A stretch of 64,000 bases of DNA from Candidatus Obscuribacteraceae bacterium (GCA_044229845.1 JBGASG010000004.1:96001-160000), one strand, 5' to 3'; numbered from the stretch's first letter, positions 50,294 through 61,155 are shown. Notes: generated from the sequence alone by a model not told the origin. Numbers and translations: made by a program.

Positions 50294-53200
50294 ATGAAGA
50301 GCGAAACAGCTCCAGGTGATTCGCTCGACGGTTTTGAAGAGCCGGGAGAGCCGGAAGAAGAGGGCGAGGAGGAAGAAGAAACTCCGCAGGAGTCCCGGTC
50401 GGTAAGCTTGCTGTTTCTGGCTGTAACAATTCTCTTCCTGGGTTCCGGACTCTCCAGCTTGATCTACCAAGTGATCTGGCTGCGCATGCTGTCGTTGATC
50501 TTCGGTTCCACAACCTTCGCCACAGCCAGCGTCCTGGGAGTTTTCATGGGCGGGCTGGCGCTCGGTTCGTTTCTTGCCGGTCGCTATGCTGATCGGCTGC
50601 AACGACCTTTGCTCTGGTACGGCATTCTGGAAGCCATCATCGGCATCTGGGCACTGGCCGTGCCCTTGTTGTTCGCAGCGGCCGAGCCGCTTTACGCCGC
50701 AGCATTTCAAGCATTTCACCTCTCGGTCATTCCGTTCAGCGTACTGCGGCTACTGATGGCGGCACTGATTCTGATCGTGCCCACCGCCTGCATGGGGGCG
50801 ACTTTGCCGCTTTTGGCGCGCTTTGTGACCACCGAACTTTCCGCCGTCGGCAGAAAAGTCGGCACGCTGTATTCATTCAATACACTTGGTGCCGTGGGTG
50901 GTGCCATGATCGCCGGCTTCTTTCTCTTGCCGGCGATTGGCTTGAAAGCCACCATATTCTCGGCAGCCGCTCTCAACTTTGTGCTCGCCGGTATCGTTGC
51001 CGTGCTGTCTCGCCGCCAGGAAACCGGCAAGGTCCTGGCGCTCACCGAAGCTCCCGAACAGAAAGAGCGGGCGCCGCTACCCTGGACGATCAAAGCAGTG
51101 TTGATCTCGTTTGCGATCTCCGGCAGCTTCGCCATGATTTACGAAGTGGGATTCACGCGGGCTTTGCTGATGGTGATTGGTTCCACAACCTATGCCTTCT
51201 CGATCATGCTCTCGACATTTTTGATCGGGCTTTCATTGGGCAGCCTCTGGGTCGCGCGCTTTGTCGACCGCCTCTCGCGTCCGGTGGTGGCTCTGGCAAT
51301 CACACAAATATTGACCGGCATCGTCGCCTTCGGGAGCCTGAAAGTATTCAATCTCTTGCCGTGGTGGAACCTGCAACTGGCTTCTGCGTGGCACGCCAAC
51401 TCCGACATCGGCATGTTGATTCGCTTTCTCCTTTCGGGACTGGTGATGTTTCCCTTGACGCTCTGCCTGGGCGCCGCCTTCCCGATCGTGGTCAGATGCT
51501 GCACCTCCGAACTAGATCGAGTCGGGCGTTCAGTCGGCACCGTCTATTCAGTCAATACCATCGGCGCCATCATCGGTTCCCTGGCAGCCGGTTTCCTTTT
51601 GATTCCCAACTTCGGCACCGAAACGGCTTTGATCGTCAGTTGCGCCGGCAACGCGCTTCTGGCTATGTTTCTTCTTTCAACGCAGCAAAAAACACTCAAG
51701 CGCTCGGAGAAAATTGCCGCCTGGGTGGTGGCATTCCTGGCTTTCTTCTGGGCCGTGAAAGCTCCGACAGTCTGGGATCACACTTTGTTAGCCCATGCGC
51801 AAGCAGAGCGCCGCAAGCTTTCTACAGATCGCGCCCTGCCCTATCCCGATCTGTACACCCTTTTGAAAGCTATCGAAAGCAGCTGCAAGCTTTTGTATTA
51901 CAAAGACGGCGCATCATCTACGGTGGCAGTTCTGGAATACAACATTCACGGAAATCTGACACACTCGCTGGTGACCAACGGTCACGTCGACGGTTCCGAT
52001 ACTGCAGACATGCCGATTCAATGCATGTTGACGGGCTATCCGCTGCTGATGAAACCTGAGGCGAAAAGCGTCTGCGTGGTGGGTTGGGGATGCGGTGTAT
52101 CCACCGGTGTGGCGACACGCTTCCCGGTGCAATCGATCACCGCCGTCGAACTGGAGCCCTCGGTAGTCGAAGGCGCCCGCTATTTCCATCACGTGAATCA
52201 CAGTCCCGAACGCGATCCTCGCGTCAAGCTGGAATTCAATGATGGAAGAAACTTCTTGATGGCCACCAAAAACAAGTACGACGTCATCGTTTCCGAACCT
52301 TCTAACCCCTGGCAGGCGGGGGTTTGCAACCTGTTTACCCGGGAGTATTTTCATATCTGTCACGAACGCCTCAACCCGGGCGGCGTGCTCTCTATCTGGC
52401 TGCAGACCGTGGAGGTGCCGCCCGAAAACATTCGCGGCGTGCTGCGCTCGCTCACTGATGAATTCAAGCATGTAGTGGCGATGCGCATCACCTCCGGCAA
52501 TGTCATCCTCATGGCTAGCGATCAGCCCCTCCCGATTCCAGTGCAAGCCACCAATTATTTGCTCAGCAAAGACCCGAAAGTTTCTGCCGAAATGCGCAAG
52601 ATCGGCATCAACAGCGCGGCAGATCTAATCGCCAACCTGGCTCTCGATGAGGAGTCGGCGCGCAAGTTTGCCGAAGGCGGCGTCGCCAATGTCGACGATA
52701 CAAACAAACTCGAGTATTCAGTCGGCAAGACATACGAAGAGAAAGAATTTCTGGAACAGAACCTGGAAGGATACAGGCACGCCCGGATCAAAGACTCCAT
52801 GCTCAAGCAGATTGACTGGGGGACGCTCGACAACAAACAACGTTCGCTGGTGCTGGATCTGGCAGCTGCTAATTGCTTGCGTTTAGAAGATCCTGAGTAC
52901 GCGGAGCAGTTGATCAACACGGCCTTAAAAGAATCGCGCGATCCGTTGACTCTGGAGTGTTACGGACAGGTGCAGGCACACCTTGGTCATCCGAAAGAAG
53001 CCTTGGCAGCCTGGGCTGAGGCCCTGAAAATTGACCCGACCAATCGCGAGATTCTGGTGGCGCGAGCCCGGACAAGTGCCTACATGGGTGACATGAAACA
53101 GTGCCGGTCCGACTCAGAAAAATTGGCGGCGCTGGAAAAGGATCCCAAAGAGAAAGCTTACATGACCGCTCTGTGCGAGTTTCGCTTCGGCGGCAAAGAA

Positions 53201-53779
53201 GCGACGCCGGAGAAGATCTTAGGCATTCTGGGCAAGCTGCCGGAAGACGCGGAATACGTGCGCAAAGCTCCGGCGGTATTATATTTGGTGGCAACGCAGG
53301 AAGCCCGAGCGCACAAAATCGAACAGGCGGAAGTCCACTTACGCCAATACCTGATCTTGCGCCCGCAGGACGTCGATGCCGTCAAACTTCTGGGGTCGCT
53401 GCGCATGCTTCGCGGTGACCCGGCGGAAGCCTCGGCTCTCTGGCAGTACGCAGCAATCCTCGGACAAAGGCAATATCGCCGCCCCTTACAAGATGCGTTC
53501 ACGCTCAGTCAACAGGGGCGCAACAGTGAAGCGCTCAGCTCACTGGCCAAGGCGGTGGAGCTCTGGCCGTCTGACAGCCAGAGCGTTTCGTTGCTCAGCA
53601 AGATGGCAAAAACCGAGCCGAAGGCGCAGACCCTGTTGCAAAAATTGCAGGTGCTGCGACCATACCTGGGCTTCGAGCCGGCATTCCCACACGGGGCGCA
53701 CCAGCACAGAGTATTGGAGATACCGAAATCCGGCGAAGCAGCGAAATCCGGCGAAGCACCGTTACCGGCCGGTCACTAA
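50294..53779 (+). CDS. Fused MFS-like/spermidine synthase protein with C-terminal TPRs
   Basis: SGLSSLIYQVIW, VGWGCGVS, VELEPSV, DGRNFL, YDVIVSEPSNPW, LFTREYF. Confidence 0.9.
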   Translation: MKSETAPGDSLDGFEEPGEPEEEGEEEEETPQESRSVSLLFLAVTILFLGSGLSSLIYQVIWLRMLSLIFGSTTFATASVLGVFMGGLALGSFLAGRYADRLQRPLLWYGILEAIIGIWALAVPLLFAAAEPLYAAAFQAFHLSVIPFSVLRLLMAALILIVPTACMGATLPLLARFVTTELSAVGRKVGTLYSFNTLGAVGGAMIAGFFLLPAIGLKATIFSAAALNFVLAGIVAVLSRRQETGKVLALTEAPEQKERAPLPWTIKAVLISFAISGSFAMIYEVGFTRALLMVIGSTTYAFSIMLSTFLIGLSLGSLWVARFVDRLSRPVVALAITQILTGIVAFGSLKVFNLLPWWNLQLASAWHANSDIGMLIRFLLSGLVMFPLTLCLGAAFPIVVRCCTSELDRVGRSVGTVYSVNTIGAIIGSLAAGFLLIPNFGTETALIVSCAGNALLAMFLLSTQQKTLKRSEKIAAWVVAFLAFFWAVKAPTVWDHTLLAHAQAERRKLSTDRALPYPDLYTLLKAIESSCKLLYYKDGASSTVAVLEYNIHGNLTHSLVTNGHVDGSDTADMPIQCMLTGYPLLMKPEAKSVCVVGWGCGVSTGVATRFPVQSITAVELEPSVVEGARYFHHVNHSPERDPRVKLEFNDGRNFLMATKNKYDVIVSEPSNPWQAGVCNLFTREYFHICHERLNPGGVLSIWLQTVEVPPENIRGVLRSLTDEFKHVVAMRITSGNVILMASDQPLPIPVQATNYLLSKDPKVSAEMRKIGINSAADLIANLALDEESARKFAEGGVANVDDTNKLEYSVGKTYEEKEFLEQNLEGYRHARIKDSMLKQIDWGTLDNKQRSLVLDLAAANCLRLEDPEYAEQLINTALKESRDPLTLECYGQVQAHLGHPKEALAAWAEALKIDPTNREILVARARTSAYMGDMKQCRSDSEKLAALEKDPKEKAYMTALCEFRFGGKEATPEKILGILGKLPEDAEYVRKAPAVLYLVATQEARAHKIEQAEVHLRQYLILRPQDVDAVKLLGSLRMLRGDPAEASALWQYAAILGQRQYRRPLQDAFTLSQQGRNSEALSSLAKAVELWPSDSQSVSLLSKMAKTEPKAQTLLQKLQVLRPYLGFEPAFPHGAHQHRVLEIPKSGEAAKSGEAPLPAGH

Positions 53780-53872
53780 CTAACATGTATCGGAATACTG
53801 CTCCCGCAAACCCACAGGCGTCGCACCTGGGTTAGAATGTGCGGTCTTAACCGTCTGTTAGTGAGGGACGAT

Positions 53873-54514
53873 ATGAAAAAACTAGTTGGCGCGTTGTCAG
53901 CGCTTGTCATCACGGCAGCCATGGGAGCATCTCTGTCCGCTCCCGGTTATTGCGCCCCTGAAGCCGGCGCTCAAATCGCCGCCGGTAGCAAAGCGCCCGC
54001 CGTAAAGCTCAAGGATAGTCACGACAAGCAAGTTTCGCTCGACGATTACAAAGGCAAAATCGTCGTGCTGGAATGGGTCAACTTCGACTGTCCTTTCGTG
54101 AAAAAGCACTATGACTCAGGCAACATGCAAAAACTGCAAAAGACATACACCGGCAAGGGTGTGGTCTGGCTCTCGATTAACTCGTCGGCGCCTGGACGTC
54201 AGGGCAACTACGACGGCAAGAAAATCAACGAATTGCTCACCGAAAAGAAAGCCACGCCGACCGCCTACTTGTTCGATCCGACTGGAGAAGTCGGTAAGGC
54301 ATATGGCGCGAAAACAACACCTCATATGTTCGTGATCGACAAACAAGGCAGCGTCATTTACGCCGGTGCCATCGACGATCATCCGGGAGTAGATGCGACC
54401 GAGATCTCCGCCTCCAAAAATTACGTGCAGCAAGCACTGGATGAAGCGCTCGCCGGCAAGCAAGTGACGACGGCCGCAACCAAATCGTACGGCTGCTCCG
54501 TCAAGTATCAATAG
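53873..54514 (+). CDS. Exported redoxin/thioredoxin-family protein
   Basis: Signal peptide; EWVNFDCPFV; YGAKTTPHMF; YGCSVKY. Confidence 0.9.
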   Translation: MKKLVGALSALVITAAMGASLSAPGYCAPEAGAQIAAGSKAPAVKLKDSHDKQVSLDDYKGKIVVLEWVNFDCPFVKKHYDSGNMQKLQKTYTGKGVVWLSINSSAPGRQGNYDGKKINELLTEKKATPTAYLFDPTGEVGKAYGAKTTPHMFVIDKQGSVIYAGAIDDHPGVDATEISASKNYVQQALDEALAGKQVTTAATKSYGCSVKYQ

Positions 54515-54529
54515 GGAGTTTTGAAAGTA

Positions 54530-55147
54530 ATGACTAAAGCAAACACAGCAGCAGTCTGGGCAATCGCTGCAGCCTGCATACTCACGCAATCCACAGTTGT
54601 CGCGGCGGCAGAGTGGTCGCTCGATCCGGCTCACTCGAGCGCCGGATTCAAAGTCCGCCACATGATGGTCTCGAATGTCAGCGGACAATTCGGAGGCGTC
54701 ACCGGCACGGCTGAGTACGACGGCAAAGACATCAAATCGCTGAAGGTCAATGCCGAGATCGATGCCACTACAGTTAATACCGGCGACAAAGCCCGCGACG
54801 AGCACCTGCGCAAAGCCGACTTCTTCGACGTCGAAAAATATCCGAAGATGTCATTCAAATCGACCAAGGTCGTGCCACAAGGCAAGGACAAATTTCAACT
54901 GGTCGGCGACTTCACGCTGCATGGCGTGACAAAGCCGGTCACGCTGGAAGTGGAAGGACCTTCGGCCGTCATCACGGATAAGAAAGGCGGCACTCGCACC
55001 GGTGCCTCAGCGACGGCGACCTTGAAGCGCAAAGATTTCGGCATCAGCTATGGTGGCGTGCTCGACAACGGCGGAGCCGCAATCGGCGATGACGTCAAAA
55101 TCGAATTAGAAATCGAAATGACCAAGGCTAAAACAGCCAGCAAGTAG
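54530..55147 (+). CDS. YceI-family lipid/polyisoprenoid-binding protein
   Basis: WSLDPAHS..FKVRHMMVS, RDEHLRKADFFD, LHGVTKPV. Confidence 0.95.
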   Translation: MTKANTAAVWAIAAACILTQSTVVAAAEWSLDPAHSSAGFKVRHMMVSNVSGQFGGVTGTAEYDGKDIKSLKVNAEIDATTVNTGDKARDEHLRKADFFDVEKYPKMSFKSTKVVPQGKDKFQLVGDFTLHGVTKPVTLEVEGPSAVITDKKGGTRTGASATATLKRKDFGISYGGVLDNGGAAIGDDVKIELEIEMTKAKTASK

Positions 55148-55154
55148 TTCAGGC

Positions 55155-55646
55155 TCAGGCAGCCGAACCTTGACCGGCAGCGCGCAACGCTGCCAGTTGT
55201 TTGTGCGCCTGCATGCCCCGATAAATGAAGAAGAGCGCCAGCCCGTGGAAACCTATGGCAATCCAGTTGGCAGTCAGCACGTAGAGCAGCGCGTCGGCAC
55301 CATAACAGATCATGCCGAGCATAAATGCCCAGTCGTGTCCTTTTCTGGCGAAGGCGCCGAAAAGGACGAATAATCCCGACACGACCAGATCGGCAACAAA
55401 CGCACAAGCCTTGGCGGCAATTACCATGTCGCCGCTGGCACCCTTGGCTAATGCCAGGGCGATTCCGTCGATGAACTGGGTCATGCCCAAACCGATCACA
55501 AATCCGAAGTCGCTGTTGCTCATGGCTGCGATCGAATTGACCAGCGAGAGGGCGGCGATCCAGTAAAACCAGCGCGACCCCGATGCGTGGAGGCGCTCCA
55601 GGTCTAATTCACGGGCTACCGATTGGCGATCAGGGGGCTGATTCAT
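55155..55646 (-). CDS. Membrane hypothetical protein
   Basis: Four to five TM helices; WFYWIAALSLVNS. Confidence 0.8.
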   Translation of the reverse strand: MNQPPDRQSVARELDLERLHASGSRWFYWIAALSLVNSIAAMSNSDFGFVIGLGMTQFIDGIALALAKGASGDMVIAAKACAFVADLVVSGLFVLFGAFARKGHDWAFMLGMICYGADALLYVLTANWIAIGFHGLALFFIYRGMQAHKQLAALRAAGQGSAA

Positions 55647-55700
55647 AGCCGGCTCCAGCTAAGGGCGTATCTCCTTTATGCCCCCGAAGTGCGGAACCTT

Positions 55701-57212
55701 CTACGTTGATCGCAGCAAATCCGAGCAGAAGTATTGGATAAACTCTCGGCTGGCGTCGCTGATTTTGGCGGCACCAAAGATAACCTCATCGATAGCCGCA
55801 ATCTCTGCATCAAAAGGCTGAGTACCGGAGGCAAACGCGCGGCGCGCAATCGAGGTCAGCCGCCGCTTCTGCGCAGCCGAAAGTGAGATGAGCGGAATCC
55901 GCGCTACATAGCCGGAGGTAATCATGTTGGTGCGCAGCAAAACGCCGCGAACCAGATATGTGACAAGCGTGCTGTTCAAATACGCAAGCAGCCACCAGAT
56001 ATCTTCACTCTCCGGAAAAATATTGGCGTTGACGCCGAACAACGCACCGGCAGGCAGATAGGTGGCAGCAAACGACACGCCCATCGACGAACAGGAAATC
56101 CCCTCTCTGAACAACAGGTGGTGGTTGCGCACGATAAAGTTGGGGACGGCGCGCGAGATTTCCAGAAAGTTCGCATCGATGTACTGCACGCCTTCATACC
56201 GAAAGCGCTGGCGTCCCGGATTCTTATAGAACGGCACCGTAAATGGTGCGCGCCGCCGCGCCGAAATATACCGCGCATCGTTGCCTGTGGAGATGCCGGT
56301 CGCACAGGCAAAAACATCTCCCAGGCGCGGTCCTTCAAAAAGCGTTCTGACGTCTACAGGGCAACCGATGACAAATTGCAGATGATCGGTCTCACCAAGC
56401 ATCAAATCAACAAAGGGTGTTCTGGAGAAACTGCCCGAGGTCAGCTGTTTCTTGAACTGACGCGTATCCGGTGGACGATTGGCTGTCTTTACGATCGGCA
56501 ACTGGTGCTGGTTTCCCTTCTGCAAAATGATAATGCAAGTGCGCACGTCAGCGCTTTGCTGATGAAACAGGTCAGTCGGGCATAGTGCCACCAGATGCAC
56601 CGCACATTGCGAAAAAATCCGGCGCCGTAAGGCTGCATGCATGCGCGCGGTCAGAAACGAATCGAAGGTCAAAAGACCGATGAACGCGCCGTCAGCGGCC
56701 ATATCGATAAGGGCGGCCACGAACATGGCAAACATATTGCCGATGCCCACCTCGGGAAACGCGTCGGACAGCCGTTTCTTATTAGCCCTGACATAATCTG
56801 CTTCGTGGCAATTGTAGGGGGGATTGGCGACCAGCAAATCATGCGGCAACGGTTTGCGGCGTGAGGAGTTTTTCCACCCGGCGTAAAACTCGAGAAAGTC
56901 GCGTCGCTCGAAGTTGCATACATATTCGTGCGACGCGGCGAAATTTTCGATGTCATATCCGGTGCAGGACAGTTCTCGATCTATAAATGGTGCAAGCAAT
57001 TCCTCTTTGCCCACACAAGGATCGAAGACGCTTTCAGCATCGGGAGCCAGGTGCAAAAGCTGCTCTGCGAGAAACTGCGCGACGAAGTCGGGCGTGCTGT
57101 AATAACCGGCAGCGCGCCGGTCCAGTCCCGAATCAGTCAATACAGTTTTGGTGCCGCGTCCCACAATAAAAAGTTGGGGCAAAAGCTTGACATTTTCAAG
57201 AGCGTGCCCCAT
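55701..57212 (-). CDS. Orphan N6-adenine DNA methyltransferase (gamma class, TaqI/Eco57I-like)
   Basis: GYYSTP, FDPCVG (motif I) preceding ANPPY (motif IV); TGISTGND; LLAYLNS; start uncertain. Confidence 0.85.
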   Translation of the reverse strand: MGHALENVKLLPQLFIVGRGTKTVLTDSGLDRRAAGYYSTPDFVAQFLAEQLLHLAPDAESVFDPCVGKEELLAPFIDRELSCTGYDIENFAASHEYVCNFERRDFLEFYAGWKNSSRRKPLPHDLLVANPPYNCHEADYVRANKKRLSDAFPEVGIGNMFAMFVAALIDMAADGAFIGLLTFDSFLTARMHAALRRRIFSQCAVHLVALCPTDLFHQQSADVRTCIIILQKGNQHQLPIVKTANRPPDTRQFKKQLTSGSFSRTPFVDLMLGETDHLQFVIGCPVDVRTLFEGPRLGDVFACATGISTGNDARYISARRRAPFTVPFYKNPGRQRFRYEGVQYIDANFLEISRAVPNFIVRNHHLLFREGISCSSMGVSFAATYLPAGALFGVNANIFPESEDIWWLLAYLNSTLVTYLVRGVLLRTNMITSGYVARIPLISLSAAQKRRLTSIARRAFASGTQPFDAEIAAIDEVIFGAAKISDASREFIQYFCSDLLRST

Positions 57213-57387
57213 AGTATGAAAGCCATTTTAGGCAGGCGCACTTTTCGCGTCTTTGACCTCTCTCTTACTAGAACGAAAAATCGGTTCCTCTGCAGGATTT
57301 GCAATCCGCTATTTCTTGCTGCGGTTCCCCATCTTCACGCCCTTGCACAATCTCTCGCATCCATTTTGGAAAGCGGAGGTAACTTCT

Positions 57388-58602
57388 TTGAACACGTTGA
57401 AGAATAAGAGTCTGATTCCGGTGCGGCTCGGTCGCCTGCTGCAGGCCGCCGGCATCATTCAACCCTCGGCCCTGACGACGGCGCTGGCATGTGCTCGCAC
57501 GCGTCATATGAAAGTCGGCGAGATTCTCTGCGAATGCAACCTCGTGCGCGAACCGGTTCTGCAGGCGTCCCTGGAAGCACAACGCCTGGTGCGTGAATCG
57601 CTGCTTTCCTTCGAGCTGGCAGTGGAAGCTCTCAGACTGGTGCAGACCCATAACATGGGCATTCATCATGCCTTGAAGAGGCTGGGCTGGAATGCGGAGA
57701 ATCAATTCGACACCAGCGATTCGCTTTCGCGATTGCTGATTGCCGTGCACGCCGCCAATCAGATGCAGCTCGACCAGGCGCGCTGGATGGCGCAAAAACG
57801 ACAGATTACTTTTGGAGAAGCCCTGATTCAGGAGGCCGGGTTGCCGCCTAAACTCCTGATCGCGGCACTGGACTCGCTGGTTCTCATCCGGGACGGCAAG
57901 CTGAACGCACAACAAGCGGTGGACGCTCTGACGCGCGTCAAACGCGAGGGGATCACCATCTACGAAACTCTGGAGGAGCCACCATACCCGGTGGCGCGCA
58001 TCGGCGAGCTGTTGACGATGTCGGGAATCTTGAGCGAAACAGATGTGACCCACGTGCTGGAAGTTGCATTGCTGGAACAGAAGCGCATCGGCGAAGTCCT
58101 CATGCAGTCCGCGTTGATCACGCCCGTGGTCGTTGACGGCTGCCTGCGCACGCAATCGCTGATCTCGCAGGGACGCCTGTCTCTGTGCGACGGCATTGAT
58201 CTCTTGCGCAGCGTCCACGAACAGCAACGCAGCCTGGAATCAGTCGTGCGCGAAATGATCGCGATCAGGCTCCAGGCTTGCGGGCTGCTGCACCAACTCA
58301 ACTTCATCAGCGATGCGGAACTGTTCGAAGCCGGACGCATTCTGGAAAATCTCGGCGATCCGATGCTGGCATTTGCCTTGAACGGACGCATGAATGGCTT
58401 TCTTCTGCAGACGGCAGTGGAATGCTCGATTCGCATCTACGAAAAGTCGATTACGCTCAACGAAGCCTTGAATGGGCTGACCTACTGCGCCAGCGGGCAA
58501 GGCAGCCTCGACTCCTACATCGAGCAAGTAGAACTTGCCGAGCTGCGCACCTTCTTTGGAGGGACACAGCAAGGAGCGCACCAAGTAGCGCGCAGCGCCT
58601 GA
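57388..58602 (+). CDS. MshEN-like repeat protein
   Basis: GGAGGT RBS before TTG 57388; RLGRLLQAAG, KVGEIL, RIGELLTMSG, RIGEVLMQS. Confidence 0.72.
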   Translation: MNTLKNKSLIPVRLGRLLQAAGIIQPSALTTALACARTRHMKVGEILCECNLVREPVLQASLEAQRLVRESLLSFELAVEALRLVQTHNMGIHHALKRLGWNAENQFDTSDSLSRLLIAVHAANQMQLDQARWMAQKRQITFGEALIQEAGLPPKLLIAALDSLVLIRDGKLNAQQAVDALTRVKREGITIYETLEEPPYPVARIGELLTMSGILSETDVTHVLEVALLEQKRIGEVLMQSALITPVVVDGCLRTQSLISQGRLSLCDGIDLLRSVHEQQRSLESVVREMIAIRLQACGLLHQLNFISDAELFEAGRILENLGDPMLAFALNGRMNGFLLQTAVECSIRIYEKSITLNEALNGLTYCASGQGSLDSYIEQVELAELRTFFGGTQQGAHQVARSA

Positions 58603-58653
58603 CGGCACCCGCGCCTCCGACGGATTACCGTCTCTCTTCTCCAACCCCCTGCT

Positions 58654-58685
58654 AAGCCGCGCGGACAAGCCTTCCCGCGCGGCTT
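58654..58685. terminator. GC-rich hairpin between convergent genes
   Basis: AAGCCGCGCGG-N10-CCGCGCGGCTT. Confidence 0.6.
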
Positions 58686-58698
58686 CCCCTTGCGGTCT

Positions 58699-59625
58699 TT
58701 ACTTGCCGGCTTTAGCAGTCAGTTGGTTGCAGCAGCGCGGAATGTCGTCGATCACTGATTCTTGTGTCGGCAGCCAACCCAATTTGCGGGCGCGTTCTCC
58801 ACGGATGCGCGAATTGGATCCGAGCGCGAAGACTGCCATGCCCTTGCCCCATTTTTTCGTCGCTTCAGCAATCGGCCATTCTTCGACGGCGGCTTTAATC
58901 TTCAGAGCTTCGCGAATTTTTTCTGCGATTTGCTTGAATGTCGTTTCGCCGCTTTCGGCGAAGAAAAAGACGCCGCCTTCCGGAGCAGCCTTGATCACCG
59001 CCATATAGAGTTGCGCTAGGTCCTGGATATGAATCGTCGACCAGGTGTTTTCACCTCGCCCGACGCAGCGCACCACGCCGCTCTCGATCGCTTGCTTGAT
59101 CAAAGCGGGCACTTGCTGACTTTCCGAATTGACACCCTTGCTCTCGCCGTAAATCAAACATGGGCAGATGACTACAGAACGAATTCCTTGCTTGCCTGCC
59201 GCCAGCACTTCGTTATCGATGGCGACGCGTGCTTTCTTTTCGGCTTCGGGAGTGAATTTGCTGTCTTCTTTGAAAACTTTGTCCGACGGTTCGCCATTAG
59301 CCTGGTCGGACACAATGCTGGATCCGCTGGTATGGATAAGGACTTTGTCAGTGCCTTCCAGCGCCTTGATCAGGGTTTCGACTGTCTTCGCGTCGTCCGA
59401 GTCGGCGGCGTTCACGACAATATCCGCTTCCTGAGCGTGCTTGGTCAAAAGAGCCGCATCCGACATTTCGCCGACCACAGGTTCGATGCCCTGTTTCTTC
59501 ATTTCGGCGGCTTTGTCCTTGGACCGGGTCAGCCCTTTGACCGTGTACTCGTTTTCAGCCAACAGCGCTGCAACCGCGCCGCCAATATAACCGGACGCCC
59601 CAACAACGAATACCTTTAATGACAT
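58699..59625 (-). CDS. NAD-dependent epimerase/dehydratase-family (atypical SDR) protein
   Basis: VGASGYIG, HTSGSS, PCLIYG. Confidence 0.9.
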   Translation of the reverse strand: MSLKVFVVGASGYIGGAVAALLAENEYTVKGLTRSKDKAAEMKKQGIEPVVGEMSDAALLTKHAQEADIVVNAADSDDAKTVETLIKALEGTDKVLIHTSGSSIVSDQANGEPSDKVFKEDSKFTPEAEKKARVAIDNEVLAAGKQGIRSVVICPCLIYGESKGVNSESQQVPALIKQAIESGVVRCVGRGENTWSTIHIQDLAQLYMAVIKAAPEGGVFFFAESGETTFKQIAEKIREALKIKAAVEEWPIAEATKKWGKGMAVFALGSNSRIRGERARKLGWLPTQESVIDDIPRCCNQLTAKAGK

Positions 59626-59718
59626 TCCTCGAACTCCGTTTCGACGAAGACAGACAACGCCTTGATTTTACTGGATTCACTTTGCCAAGCGCGACGGTAG
59701 CTTTCCAAGCGCGAACAG

Positions 59719-60996
59719 TTACTTTGCCAAGCGCCCGGTCACCTTGACGAACTTGCGCCGTCCGATTTGCAGCACGAAGGTATGACTGTCGTCCGGCGTG
59801 ACCATGGCATTTGCATCCGACCACGGTTCACCGTCCACTTTGACGCCGCCGTCTGCAAAACTGCGTTTGGCTTCACCTGTACCACCAACGAGCTTTGCCT
59901 CAGCAAGAACTCTAAACAGCATCATTTCTTCCTGCACCACATACGATGGCATGTCTTCAGGCGCCTGCCGTTCGCTGTGTACACGTTTCCATTCTTCCTG
60001 CGCCTTATCGGCCGCCTCGGCTCCGTGGTATTGCAACACAATCTGGTGCGCCAGGCGATGCTTAACTTCCATGGGATGCGCCCCGCTCTTCAGTTCAGCA
60101 GCAATTGCGTCAACTTCCGCGCCGGTCAGGCTGGTAGCCAGGTTGAAGTATTTAACCAACAGTCCATCGGGAACGCGCATCGACTTGCCGTACATGTCGC
60201 CGGCGGCTTCCTTGAGGCCGATGTAGTTGTCGTAGGTCTTGGACATCTTCTGCACGCCATCGGTGCCTTCCAGCAACGGCAGCAGATACGCGAGCTGTAC
60301 ATCCATGTCAAAACGCTCTTGCAAATCGCGCCCTTGCAAAATGTTGAAGCGTTGATCGGTTCCGCCCAACTCCACATCAGCCTTGATGGCAACTGAGTCG
60401 TAGCCCTGCAAAATCGGATAGAACAACTCATGCAATCCAACAGGCAAGCCTTTCTCAATGCGGTCGCCGAATGCTTCTTTTTGCAGCATCTGGTTGACAG
60501 TCGCTTTCGCAGCCAGTTTAAGAACCGCATCCAGAGTCAAGGGTGCCAACCAATCTGCATTGTTGGTCAGTTCAATTTTGTCGAGATCGAGAATGGTGCT
60601 GATTTGTTCGAGGTATGTTTTGGCGTTGGCTTGCACGTCTTCGGCAGTGAGATTGGGGCGGGTTTTGTTTCTCCCAGAGGGGTCACCAATCTGCGCAGTA
60701 AAGCCGCCGATGATCAACACGACCTGATGCCCGTGGTCCTGAAAACGCTTCAGGGTGCGAAACTGCACCGCATGCCCCAAGTGCAAATCGACGTGGGTTG
60801 GGTCGACACCCAGCTTGACGCGCATTTTGCGCCCGGCAGCCTGGCACTCCATGATCTTGCGGGCCAGTCCTTCGGCGCCGTCCGGAATTACTTCCGCGCC
60901 TCGAGAAAGCTCCACTGCCTCTGCCAAAATCTCAGGCGGAATCGGGGCATCCTTGCCTGATTTGCCGTCCTTCACCGTCTGCTGCACGTTCACCAA
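59719..60996 (-). CDS. tyrS: Tyrosine--tRNA ligase
   Basis: GVDPT..LHLGH, YPILQGYD, GGTDQRFN, KMSKT, C-terminal S4 domain. Confidence 0.98.
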   Translation of the reverse strand: MVNVQQTVKDGKSGKDAPIPPEILAEAVELSRGAEVIPDGAEGLARKIMECQAAGRKMRVKLGVDPTHVDLHLGHAVQFRTLKRFQDHGHQVVLIIGGFTAQIGDPSGRNKTRPNLTAEDVQANAKTYLEQISTILDLDKIELTNNADWLAPLTLDAVLKLAAKATVNQMLQKEAFGDRIEKGLPVGLHELFYPILQGYDSVAIKADVELGGTDQRFNILQGRDLQERFDMDVQLAYLLPLLEGTDGVQKMSKTYDNYIGLKEAAGDMYGKSMRVPDGLLVKYFNLATSLTGAEVDAIAAELKSGAHPMEVKHRLAHQIVLQYHGAEAADKAQEEWKRVHSERQAPEDMPSYVVQEEMMLFRVLAEAKLVGGTGEAKRSFADGGVKVDGEPWSDANAMVTPDDSHTFVLQIGRRKFVKVTGRLAK

Positions 60997-61155
60997 TCAA
61001 TCTCTCCCGCCTAGTCTCCCAAGATATCAAAACGATTCGTTGCAAGGAGCCGCTTTTGCTTGCTCCTGTGCATTCAGTTCGCTAAGATTCCATATCTTAC
61101 GGCGTTTCTATAAGAAATCCCATATCCCGCCATTTTGCACGGAGGCATTCGCAAC

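Noticed and set aside
50110..50294. Integrative element at tRNA-Ala(CGC)
   Set aside because: No integrase and no duplicated tRNA 3' end were seen.
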